From the NCBI GenBank assembly GCA_013166835.1, contig JABLTI010000016.1, positions 1-37,398 on the forward strand: 37,398 nt of DNA, given 5' to 3'. The notes under the pieces are model-generated. The model was not told the DNA's origin. It made no database searches and saw only the letters and a program-made list of their open reading frames with translations. Positions 29,264 through 37,398 of the stretch are shown piece after piece (the stretch's first letter is position 1; each line of letters begins with the position of its first letter). Origin of the DNA: Promethearchaeati archaeon (GTDB lineage Archaea > Asgardarchaeota > Heimdallarchaeia > JABLTI01). The translations under genes and the position numbers were made by a program.

Positions 29264-31117
29264 TTACTCAAGCTTGGTTCTTTTTCGAATGAAGTAATAG
29301 GAACCTCCAATTAAAGCAATAATTGATAGAATGATCGGAACATTCAAACCAATTGCCACAGAAGGAGTATATGGGATATCGAATCCTGCGAGTCGCATGT
29401 GTTCAATCGCATGTTCTAGACTGTATTCAAAATGTTCTAACGAATGATTGAAAACTATAGCAGTTGAAGGACAAGGAGTCACTCCTGGTTTACCTATTCC
29501 ATCTAAGATTTCATCGACAATAACTTCTCTTGGTATTGCATGACTCATTGCATGCCTTACGTGTTGAGCAGATTCTAGACCCGTAATTGGGCAAGATTCT
29601 CCCGTTCCGAAGAATGGATTCATATTATTAAGAGCCATTTCATGATTACCTGCTTCATCAATCAATGAATAAGCTGCAGATGTTGGAATTTCACTGATAT
29701 AAGGCATAAATTGACTATCAACCATGTCGAGGTCACCTGCAGCTAATGCTAATAGAGCACCCTCTCTGTTGGAGTAGAATTCGAAATATATATCCTCGAA
29801 ATAAGGAGTAATTCCAGACCAGTCATCATAAAACTCGTTTCTTTTCAGTTGAATAATTCCAGTCGTTGCGTCATAATCCTCTAAGAAGTAAGGACCTGCT
29901 CCGAAAATTTTCTGGGAATCTAAAGTATCATTAAGAGCCCAAATTGAAGCTTGTGAAGAATGATTTTCAGGTAAAATTGGTTCCCAAACATGCTTGGGAA
30001 TTATATCGATAGCTAGATTGTTTTCTTGAAAAGCAAAGGTCTGATTGAATGTTATGTCTAGTTCAAATTCACTAATAATATTCACAGATTCATTTGTAAT
30101 AAAAGGTAAACAATAATGAGTGCTAGGTAAGTAATTTGGATAAATCAATAATTCGTAGGTATATTTTATATCTGAAGCATTGAGAACATGTCCGTCAGCC
30201 CAAACAGCATCAGGATTAAGCTGGATATTATAGGTTAAACCATCTACGGAGCTAAAAGAGGAAGCAATGTGAGGGGCATATCCTCTACTGTAGAGAGGAG
30301 AGGAACTACGTTCAACTAAGCTACCATAAATCTGTGAGAGCCATTGAGCATCAAAAACTGAATCATATAGTAAAATATGGAAATCCTCGAAATCTGCTGG
30401 AGTTGCATATTGAAATTCTATTTGCCCTGGTATAGTCCAATTTTCCATGGATTGGTAAACCTCAGACCATAATACTCCATCCCAACCACTGAAAGCAGAA
30501 TCATGGGCATAAAGAGCTTCTGGATACTTAATCGTACAAGTTGGTTGGTCTTTGTAGAGGAGTTGTTGCATTTTATCTCCCCAAAACAACCGATCCTCAA
30601 TTGACAATGAAGTTAAATAATTATTATAAGCTAAATCATATTCCCAAGAATCGTACTGATAGAAATTATCACCATTTGGTACAATATAATCTGATGAAAA
30701 AATTTCAGCTTCTGACCAATCCATATCACCACCCCATCCAACAAATAAAATATCAAATCCACCTTCACTGTATTGAGGTATAGGAAATGGTCCAGGGTAT
30801 CCCCACGTTCTGAGAGATATTTGTGCCCATCCCGTATGATCAAAAATTTCTATTCCTATCCCTATCTTTGGTAATTGTTCCACCATAAGAGTTGCCCATT
30901 GATTTCTCGCAGGACAAGTATTTGGTGCTAATACACTAACATAAAATACTGGTTCTATTTCTTCTTCTGCATTAACATAACCTGTATTAAAAATTGGTAA
31001 AATTCCTAAGCAGAATCCTATTATTAGAAGACTCTTTATTTCTTTTCTAATCCTCAGCTTTGACTCCTCCTCATCTTTTATTCTTAGTTTTCTTAAGTAT
31101 AAAAAAGATACATCCAA
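29264..31117 (-). CDS. ABC transporter substrate-binding protein family 5 (peptide/nickel), C-terminally anchored
   Basis: Signal-like N-terminus, WADG..LNASDIKYTY, GAGPY, VRHAMSHAIPRE, and a C-terminal TM helix with a basic tail (RKRTK). The listed ATG overlaps the upstream gene by 47 nt, so the true start is probably near 31057. Confidence 0.85.
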   Translation of the reverse strand: MDVSFLYLRKLRIKDEEESKLRIRKEIKSLLIIGFCLGILPIFNTGYVNAEEEIEPVFYVSVLAPNTCPARNQWATLMVEQLPKIGIGIEIFDHTGWAQISLRTWGYPGPFPIPQYSEGGFDILFVGWGGDMDWSEAEIFSSDYIVPNGDNFYQYDSWEYDLAYNNYLTSLSIEDRLFWGDKMQQLLYKDQPTCTIKYPEALYAHDSAFSGWDGVLWSEVYQSMENWTIPGQIEFQYATPADFEDFHILLYDSVFDAQWLSQIYGSLVERSSSPLYSRGYAPHIASSFSSVDGLTYNIQLNPDAVWADGHVLNASDIKYTYELLIYPNYLPSTHYCLPFITNESVNIISEFELDITFNQTFAFQENNLAIDIIPKHVWEPILPENHSSQASIWALNDTLDSQKIFGAGPYFLEDYDATTGIIQLKRNEFYDDWSGITPYFEDIYFEFYSNREGALLALAAGDLDMVDSQFMPYISEIPTSAAYSLIDEAGNHEMALNNMNPFFGTGESCPITGLESAQHVRHAMSHAIPREVIVDEILDGIGKPGVTPCPSTAIVFNHSLEHFEYSLEHAIEHMRLAGFDIPYTPSVAIGLNVPIILSIIALIGGSYYFIRKRTKLE

Positions 31118-32837
31118 TAAGGGAGACTAGTTCCAAAATAACAACAAATTCAAAACTAAATTCTTCACTGTGAGTAGCAAATCCAGCAAGCTCCATTTCA
31201 TTTCTTGCTGTTTCAATTGAATAATTATATGGTTCTAGTATTTCATCAAAACCAACAGCACTTTCAGATACAGGAGTAACTCCTGGAACTGCATTAAAAT
31301 CAAGAATTTCATTCACTATTGTTACTCTAGGAATCAAGTAACTAATAGCTTTTCGAATGTGTTTTGCTGATAATCGTCCAGCTATTGGACATAAGTCTCC
31401 AGTTCCGAGATATGGATGCTCGTTATTAATAGCAAATTCTCTTGTTTGGGTTGTTTTAACATATTCATAAGTAGTATTTACTATCTCAGTTAAATCAAAA
31501 TCCCAGTAATAATAGGCTCCCACCATATCATTCTTCTTATTAGCTAGATCACTTAAAGCATTATTTAATTTCTCATAATATCTAAAATACACATCTTCGA
31601 AATATGGATCATTAGCAGAACTTAGATTACAGTAATAGGGATTTTTCTTCAAATGAATTATATTGTCTGTTTCATTATAAGAATGGAATTTGTATGGACC
31701 TGTACCTATCAATTTTTCCGGATGAGTAATTGTCCAGTTTTCAGCTGTTTCTATGTGATCTACTGGATCTATATTCTCCCAGATATGTTTAGGCATGAGT
31801 TCTAGTTCAAGTAATTCTTCATTACATAATGACTTGAAAAGAAATTCAAACTCTAAAGTATGATTATCAATTTTACTCACTGATTCATTATTCCAAGGAT
31901 ACGCACAATAAGTAGTTCTTGGAAAAGCTGGATCTAACTTAAGATTATAACTAAAAACAACATCATCAGCAGTTAATGGTGTTCCATCCGCCCATTTCGC
32001 ATCCGGATCAAGTGAAACTTGCCATAGTAATCCATCTACGCTACTATATGATGTAACTAATCGTGGTTCAAGAATATGCGTTTCTGCTTGTCTTTTTAAA
32101 AGACCAGTATAGATTTGTTTTAACCATCTTTCATCATTAGTTGATAGATAATCATATACGTGGAATTTCTCGAAATCATCATAGTAATTAGCTACTGTTA
32201 TGTTGTTTTGTCCTTGAATTGACCAATTCTCCATGGTTTGCTTGTTTTGTACCCATAAAGCACCATCCCAACCCTGAAATCCTTCACGATAATAATACAG
32301 TAATCTTGGATAAAAAATCGTTATTGCTGGCAAGTCTTCATAGAGGATTTTCTGCATTTCTTTCATTATTGGTATTCTATCTTGAAAAGATATCGTGTTG
32401 GTAAAATTAATTATTAATTCATCCATCACAGGATTAGAATACTGATAGAAATTTTCACCACTAGGAACAGTAGAAGGTGTATCAAATCTGCCTTGAAAAT
32501 TTGGATCTATACCCAAGTCCCAACCGATATCTAAGATATCAAAACCACCGTTTTCGTATGATGGAATTGGGTATGGACCTGTATGCCCATAAGTTCTTTT
32601 GGCTATCTCAGCCCAGCTTGTTAAGTCAAATTCATCTATACCAATGCCAATTTTTGGGAGTTGTTCTACCATGAGTGTTACCCATTGGTTTCCTACTGTC
32701 ACATATGGAGCTAACATACTTATGCTGAAGAATGGTGGTGGATTTGCTGGGTTAGTTTTCGAGACAGGGATTAATGGTAAAAAAGTAATATAAATTAGTA
32801 AAATTATAGTTATTATTTTAATCTTTATATTTTTCAT
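31071..32837 (-). CDS. ABC transporter substrate-binding protein family 5, C-terminally anchored (paralog of the adjacent gene)
   Basis: Signal peptide, shared TLMVEQLPKIGIGI, AKWADGTPLTADDVVFSY, IGTGPYK, IRKAISYLIPR, and a C-terminal TM helix followed by KKTKNKR. Confidence 0.88.
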   Translation of the reverse strand: MKNIKIKIITIILLIYITFLPLIPVSKTNPANPPPFFSISMLAPYVTVGNQWVTLMVEQLPKIGIGIDEFDLTSWAEIAKRTYGHTGPYPIPSYENGGFDILDIGWDLGIDPNFQGRFDTPSTVPSGENFYQYSNPVMDELIINFTNTISFQDRIPIMKEMQKILYEDLPAITIFYPRLLYYYREGFQGWDGALWVQNKQTMENWSIQGQNNITVANYYDDFEKFHVYDYLSTNDERWLKQIYTGLLKRQAETHILEPRLVTSYSSVDGLLWQVSLDPDAKWADGTPLTADDVVFSYNLKLDPAFPRTTYCAYPWNNESVSKIDNHTLEFEFLFKSLCNEELLELELMPKHIWENIDPVDHIETAENWTITHPEKLIGTGPYKFHSYNETDNIIHLKKNPYYCNLSSANDPYFEDVYFRYYEKLNNALSDLANKKNDMVGAYYYWDFDLTEIVNTTYEYVKTTQTREFAINNEHPYLGTGDLCPIAGRLSAKHIRKAISYLIPRVTIVNEILDFNAVPGVTPVSESAVGFDEILEPYNYSIETARNEMELAGFATHSEEFSFEFVVILELVSLIGCIFFILKKTKNKR

Positions 32838-32859
32838 TTCTCAATCGCCCCTTTTTCTC

Positions 32860-33192
32860 TTAGAACCTCCTTTGTATAATGAATAATTGACTATTGCCAC
32901 ATTCCTCTAATATTATGTTATACTTGTTTCCCAGTAAATCCCTCTTAATATGGAGGATCCCTTGTTGGCTACGAAATGGGTTTGCGTTTTTCTTCTCTTT
33001 TACCATCGCCTTCTCCGCAGACGGAACTTCTTTTACGTTCAGGTGTAAATGCTTGAGAATTATATGAGCGCAATTAGGTATTTCCTCTAGAAAATTAGTG
33101 CATAGACTAACTATTATCCTCGATACAACTAACTTCCCTTTCAAGGTAGTTACCTTCTTACCTCTAGGACTCGTTGCACGATTCCTGAACAA
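32860..33192 (-). ncRNA. Candidate structured non-coding RNA / long leader upstream of the SBP pair (family unknown)
   Basis: About 41% GC by hand count over 32941-33180, whereas other spacers are much more AT-rich. Several stems are present (33166-33186, 33143-33156, 33095-33110, 33014-33025, 32896-32969, and long-range 33037-33043/33184-33190). The strand is inferred only from the flanking genes. Confidence 0.3.
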
Positions 33193-33259
33193 TGATCATA
33201 AATACTTTGGTTTTTAGTAAATAAAAGATTATTGAGGAAGAAGAAAATACACTTTTGAA

Positions 33260-34249
33260 TTAATTTTTCACTGCTTTTTGTATTTTTTCTTTGTAAGGTA
33301 ATAGTCCTTCTGGAAGTTTCTCAAGAATTTCTGAAGTTTCCTTCCAAAGAATTTCTTCCATTGGATTATTTCCCAAGTGTATTTCTTCAAGTTTTGAGCA
33401 GTTTCGTAATGGCGATAGATCTATTTTTTCTATTTCATTGTTTGTTAACCAGATATCAATTAAAGACTGAGAATCTCGAAAAGGAGAGAGATCTACCTCT
33501 GTCAATTTGTTACTATCAAGGTAGAAATATTCCAGTTTCTTTAATTTCTCAACTGGTGTTAGGCCCACATATCGCAATTGATTCCCGCTTAGTGAGAGCC
33601 AAACTATATTTGTACATTTCTCAAGAGGTTTGAGATCTATTTGTACTAATTTGTTTTCAGCAAGCCATAATTCATCGAGACAAGAGCATTTACTCAAGGG
33701 AGATAAATCGATATGGGTTAATTGTATATTTTCTAAATAGAGCTTTTCCAGATTTGTATTATTCCTAAAAGATTCAAGATCTATGTGTTGTTGTCTATTT
33801 CCTGAAAGTGAAAACCAATAGAGTTCACGACATTTTTTTAGTGGGGTAAGACTTGTTGTTGCTAATTGATTGTATTCAAGATTCAGTTTTTTCAGTTTTG
33901 TGCAGCTTCTTAGAGGAGATAAATCTATTCTGATTAATTCATTAAAATCTACATGGAGTTCTTCAAGATACTCTAAACTACTGAGTGGAGATAAATCTAC
34001 AGTTTTTAGTTTATTATTGTCAATGTATAATTCTTCTAGTTTCTTACATAGTCTTAACGGATAAAGATCTATTTCTCAGAAATGGTTTGTAGATAAATAT
34101 AAGCTCTTTAAATTCTTGAATTTGTTAAATTGAGAAAGGTCTATTGATTGAAGTTCTCGATAACTAAGTTGTATTTCTTTTACGTCTCGTTCTATTTCCT
34201 TCTCGAATATCTCTCCGTTTGTTTTAACAGCTTTAACAGTTATAACCAT
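33260..34249 (-). pseudogene. Leucine-rich repeat protein (about 12 x 24-aa repeats) interrupted by one in-frame TGA
   Basis: ATG at 34249: MVITVKAVKTNGEIFEKEI...LKSLYLSTNHF*EIDLYPL..., with TGA at 34076-34078. The same frame continues through LxxLxLxxNxLxxIDLSPL repeats into the listed ORF 33260..33697. Confidence 0.8.
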
Positions 34250-34315
34250 GGAATCATCTATTTAATCTAATATTGTTTAATTAGTTAATTAAAAGGAAAA
34301 ATCTTTCTCTTGGAA

Positions 34316-34864
34316 TCAGTCTGTACTCTCTAAAACACTTTTTATCATGAAATCATAATTCTTTTTCCATTTATGGTTCTCAGCATCAAATGTTTGATCC
34401 CATAATTTGTATCTTTGAGAGAATCTATAATCTAACAAGAATAATTTATGATCATGGCTAATCTCCCAAATAAAATCAAGTAATTCACTAACATGTTTAG
34501 GTGGAGCTCTTACATACCAATAGAAGCCATCATTTGTAATAAAATATGAACATTGAAATGGAAATACAGAGTTTCTTTGTATATTAGATTGGTTTTCTTC
34601 TTTACTGCTTTTCATAAGGTAATTTCGAAGTTTTAAGGGAATTTCATCTCTGCAAAATCCCTGAATTAATATTGTCTAATACAAATCAAAATCAGCCCAA
34701 TTCAGAAAGACACGATAATCGGAAATTGCATTTTCTTTAAGAAACCTTAATCGTCTACTTACTTTCTGTGCTACACCAGATTTCTTACTGAGTTTTAGAC
34801 TCCTAATCACGTCGATATTTTTTCTTCTTAAATCGCTTGGAAATTCTGAAAAAAAAAGAATGTA
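34316..34864 (-). pseudogene. Probable 5'-truncated regulator-like (HTH / Lrp-AsnC-like) gene fragment with an in-frame TAG
   Basis: The frame of ORF 34316..34615 extends upstream: ...LSKKSGVAQKVSRRLRFLKENAISDYRVFLNWADFDLY*TILIQG..., with TAG at 34676-34678. It is open back to the stop of the upstream gene at 34865-34867. The family call is tentative. Confidence 0.5.
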
Positions 34865-35689
34865 TTATAGATCATCTAATCCATAAGCACTCTCAATAAT
34901 TTCAATTAGTCTCCCAACGAAGCGAACTGCTGGAGCACCATCAATAACTGAATGATCAATCATCAATGACAAAAAGAGAAATTCTCTAATTACAATCTTT
35001 TTGTTAACAACACATGGTTTCTCTTTAATACTACCAATTGTAAAAACAGGCGAATGTGAAGTAGGATGTATAGCCCAACCTGATATGCGTTTCCCGGCCG
35101 TACCAATAGACGTAACTAAAATTGTTCCGGCATATTTTTTTCTAAAGAAAGGATTCTTTTCAAACCTCTTCCAAAAGAAAATTCTTCTCAAGAATTTTGG
35201 TAGCTTATTCAAAAGAATTGCATTCTTATTACTATCAATATTTTCATAATCCTCTTCACTTATTACTTGAGCTGCTCGTATTTCATCATGAATTTCTCTG
35301 AAGCCTTTTTCATTCGTTTTTCGAATGACAAAAATCAAAGGCATGATTTTATCTCCTTCGACTGTTTTCTCAACCATTACTGAAATATCAATATCATCAA
35401 ATATAATCAGCTTCTGTCCTTTCTTCTTCGCATGAGCTTTTTTGTTTTCACTAACAGCTTGTGAAACACATTTAACTATCCATCCTGTGAAGGATAATTT
35501 CTCACCTGTTTTCTTCTCATGTTTTTTGAGAAGAGCCAGTGCTTTTGTTACATCGATTTCTACTAAGCCATCCATTTGTGTGTAATACAGACCTCGCTCT
35601 ACATTTTCTATCAATATTTTACGTAATTTTGGAATTTTTTCTTCAGTATATGTGCCTGATTTTTTCAATTCTTTAACTCCTAATTTCAT
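34865..35689 (-). CDS. Stand-alone 2-oxoacid dehydrogenase acyltransferase (E2) catalytic domain
   Basis: EIDVT, LSFT..IVK.VSQA, GTILVTSIG and DHSVIDGAPA.RF motifs. No lipoyl or E3-binding domain. Confidence 0.88.
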   Translation of the reverse strand: MKLGVKELKKSGTYTEEKIPKLRKILIENVERGLYYTQMDGLVEIDVTKALALLKKHEKKTGEKLSFTGWIVKCVSQAVSENKKAHAKKKGQKLIIFDDIDISVMVEKTVEGDKIMPLIFVIRKTNEKGFREIHDEIRAAQVISEEDYENIDSNKNAILLNKLPKFLRRIFFWKRFEKNPFFRKKYAGTILVTSIGTAGKRISGWAIHPTSHSPVFTIGSIKEKPCVVNKKIVIREFLFLSLMIDHSVIDGAPAVRFVGRLIEIIESAYGLDDL

Positions 35690-36384
35690 TTATTCTGATA
35701 TAGTAAACAATAGTTATGATCATATCCGTAACCAAATGTTCCCTCGATTCGCCAAGGTTCTGATCGTCCATCTACAGTTTTGCTTTCTCGGGAATCCCAA
35801 ATGATTATTATTTCACCCAAAAAATGCAATACTTTTGATAGGGATTTCCCAACATCCCATGCGAGAGTCGTCACTTCTCCACGTTCATTTTTCAAATTGG
35901 CAACATCGACAGCAATTATGGAATTTGGTTTCATTACTTCTTTCAGTTGAGAGAAAATTGTTTGAAAATCCTTCAAGTATTGTTGATAACTCCCTTCTTC
36001 TTGATAAGCTGTGAAAGGATTTTCCGGATCATCTTTCATCATAAAAGGAGGAGAACCAAAACAAAAATCACATTTTGGAATGTTATACTCTAGTAATTTC
36101 AAAGCATCCCCATGAATAATATTTTCTTTGTTTTCCAATCGATCTTTTATGTATTGATATCTCTTCTCAACTATTTCAACTCCAAAAGGAATACGACCCA
36201 TTTTCTCAGCGACAAATAGTGTTGTACCTAATCCAGCAAAAATGTCAAGAACTTTATCACCTTTCTTTGTATATTTCTTGAGGAAATATTCAACATAAGC
36301 TTCTGGAAATCTATTATCATCTTTTTGGAACTTAGAAGGTAATTCCGCTTTGAAATACTTTGGTAAAAAGACATAGCTTTTCAT
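35686..36384 (-). CDS. Small SAM-dependent amino-methyltransferase (N4/N6 DNA methylase or Trm11-like)
   Basis: FP...VEYFLKKYTKKGDKVLDIFAGLGTT (motif I) followed by GSPPF (motif IV). ATGA overlap with the downstream gene. Confidence 0.8.
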   Translation of the reverse strand: MKSYVFLPKYFKAELPSKFQKDDNRFPEAYVEYFLKKYTKKGDKVLDIFAGLGTTLFVAEKMGRIPFGVEIVEKRYQYIKDRLENKENIIHGDALKLLEYNIPKCDFCFGSPPFMMKDDPENPFTAYQEEGSYQQYLKDFQTIFSQLKEVMKPNSIIAVDVANLKNERGEVTTLAWDVGKSLSKVLHFLGEIIIIWDSRESKTVDGRSEPWRIEGTFGYGYDHNYCLLYQNK

Positions 36385-36476
36385 TCTACTAATAAGAGAA
36401 ATTATTCAGTTAAATTAATTCTGCAAAAAAAAGGATGGAAAGAAATAGTTTCTTTTCCAACAATAAATAAAGATTA

Positions 36477-37319
36477 TTACTTTCCAAGATTTCGCGTAAA
36501 CTCCAAAGTAGGTTGCTCAGCGTTAGGATGAACATCGTCATACCAATACATTTCATCACAGAATTTTTCATGATGCAAAGTTTGTGTTCGTCTCATCATC
36601 CAGAATTTACCAGGATGACCACCTTGAACATCACCTCGATAACAAGAAGCAATATATGCATGATCTGGATCGTTGAAATCTTTCAAAGCTTCATGAATCA
36701 CACATTTATCAAATCTGAAAAGTACTTTGTAATCATCAAAAAAGCACGAAGTAAAATCACCTAATCCAGTCTCAGTCCAGCCTTTGATAGCTTTTTCACC
36801 AGATTCTCTCTGAGTTTTTCGTTTGTAGTCGGCATTCTTAACTTCATCATCAACGATTAGCTTCAAAATGTCTTTGTACAATTTAATGCCTTTCTCATCA
36901 CCCAAAACATCAACTAAGGATTTGACTCGGTAATATGACAATCGAATGTAGGATTTCGTATAGTTCAAATTGTAAATATCAACTTTACCATCTTTGATTG
37001 GAGTAGTCTCCGACAAATCCCAGTATTTAGTAACAAGAAGTGTGATAAGCTTTCTCAGTTCCTCATGTTTTTTCAAAACAGTCAAATCTTTACTTGCTTC
37101 TTCAATGTTTAAAAATGGTAAATTAACCTCTATATCTCCCACATCATCAGCTATACGCTTCATCAATGCTTGAATATATTTAGATTCAATATCTGGATGG
37201 AGTTCAGTAGCATGTTTGATAAAAGGTTCAGTTACTTGAAGAACCCTCCCAAGCATATGTGTTGGATCAACATTGATTTTTGCTTTTGCATTGTAACATT
37301 TATGATTTTCAACTTTCAT
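36477..37319 (-). CDS. L-2-amino-thiazoline-4-carboxylate hydrolase-like (V4R/H-NOX-like) protein
   Basis: C-terminal pattern RFDKC..HE....DP..AY...CY.GD...MRRTQTL....CD with three conserved-looking Cys. Confidence 0.7.
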   Translation of the reverse strand: MKVENHKCYNAKAKINVDPTHMLGRVLQVTEPFIKHATELHPDIESKYIQALMKRIADDVGDIEVNLPFLNIEEASKDLTVLKKHEELRKLITLLVTKYWDLSETTPIKDGKVDIYNLNYTKSYIRLSYYRVKSLVDVLGDEKGIKLYKDILKLIVDDEVKNADYKRKTQRESGEKAIKGWTETGLGDFTSCFFDDYKVLFRFDKCVIHEALKDFNDPDHAYIASCYRGDVQGGHPGKFWMMRRTQTLHHEKFCDEMYWYDDVHPNAEQPTLEFTRNLGK

Positions 37320-37398
37320 AAGTATCTAGCACATTTTTTCCTAAAAAGGGTAAGCAAAAATCTTGGAAAAATGAATTCTGTCGATTGTAATTTGGAGA

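Noticed and set aside
32990-33050. TnpB/IscB omega-RNA resemblance (GAAGTTCCGTCTGCGGAGA on the minus strand)
   Set aside because: No pseudoknot partner, no IS200/605 terminal hairpin and no tnpB/iscB remnant nearby. The similarity is too short to call.
32860-33100. RNase P RNA (UAGAGGAAUG and ACAAAGGAGGUUCUA resemble CR-IV/CR-V; GGA-U-CCUCC could form a P4-like helix)
   Set aside because: No proper GAGGAAnnUCC CR-I next to the pairing strand, no P3, and too little sequence between the P4 strands.
32860-33192. 110-aa ORF as a real protein
   Set aside because: TTG start with no SD, no recognisable motif and atypical composition. It coincides with a stem-rich region. Not strictly excluded.
33300-34150. 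Periodic ~72-nt similarity (GGAGATAAATC-like) as a CRISPR array or DNA repeat
   Set aside because: It is explained by the 24-aa LRR coding repeat. The units are degenerate and no cas genes are present.
33260-34864. Genome-wide stop-codon reassignment explaining the in-frame TGA and TAG
   Set aside because: TAG ends intact genes here (597, 6266, 15247, 24453) and so does TGA (18034, 20204, 28257, 29261), so both are normal stops.
2201-36764. Short antisense or alternate-frame ORFs in the track (for example 2201..2404, 3471..3773, 13612..13950, 25273..25605, 33361..33633, 35001..35249)
   Set aside because: They lie within well-supported genes and have no motifs, so they are shadow ORFs.

Overview
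AT-rich (roughly 30% GC by eye), gene-dense archaeal DNA. GGTGA/GAGGTGA Shine-Dalgarno sites, a DUF61 gene, 'IDLSPL'-type LRRs, C-terminally anchored family-5 solute-binding proteins and an ATC-hydrolase-like gene suggest an Asgard archaeon such as a Heimdallarchaeia member; this is inference, not a search result. Bases 1-12 kb hold a nonulosonic (sialic/legionaminic-type) acid cluster: a 4,6-dehydratase, aminotransferase, acetyltransferase, hydrolysing and non-hydrolysing 2-epimerases, two NeuB synthases (one with a rewritten active site), two collinear SpsF-like cytidylyltransferases and a large GT-B protein that could be the nonulosonyl transferase. Bases 12-29 kb are mixed metabolic genes: an E3-like disulfide reductase, amidohydrolase, old yellow enzyme, M20 peptidase, orphan Eco57I-like methyltransferase, Fe-ADH, a stand-alone condensation-type acyltransferase and a likely trans-3-hydroxyproline dehydratase/ketimine reductase pair. 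Bases 29-37 kb hold two tandem orphan peptide-binding proteins preceded by a ~330-nt GC-enriched, stem-rich candidate non-coding RNA. Next come two adjacent genes each interrupted by one in-frame stop (LRR gene, TGA; regulator-like fragment, TAG), then a stand-alone E2 catalytic domain, a small methyltransferase and an ATC-hydrolase-like gene. I saw no rRNA, tRNA, CRISPR array or transposase.
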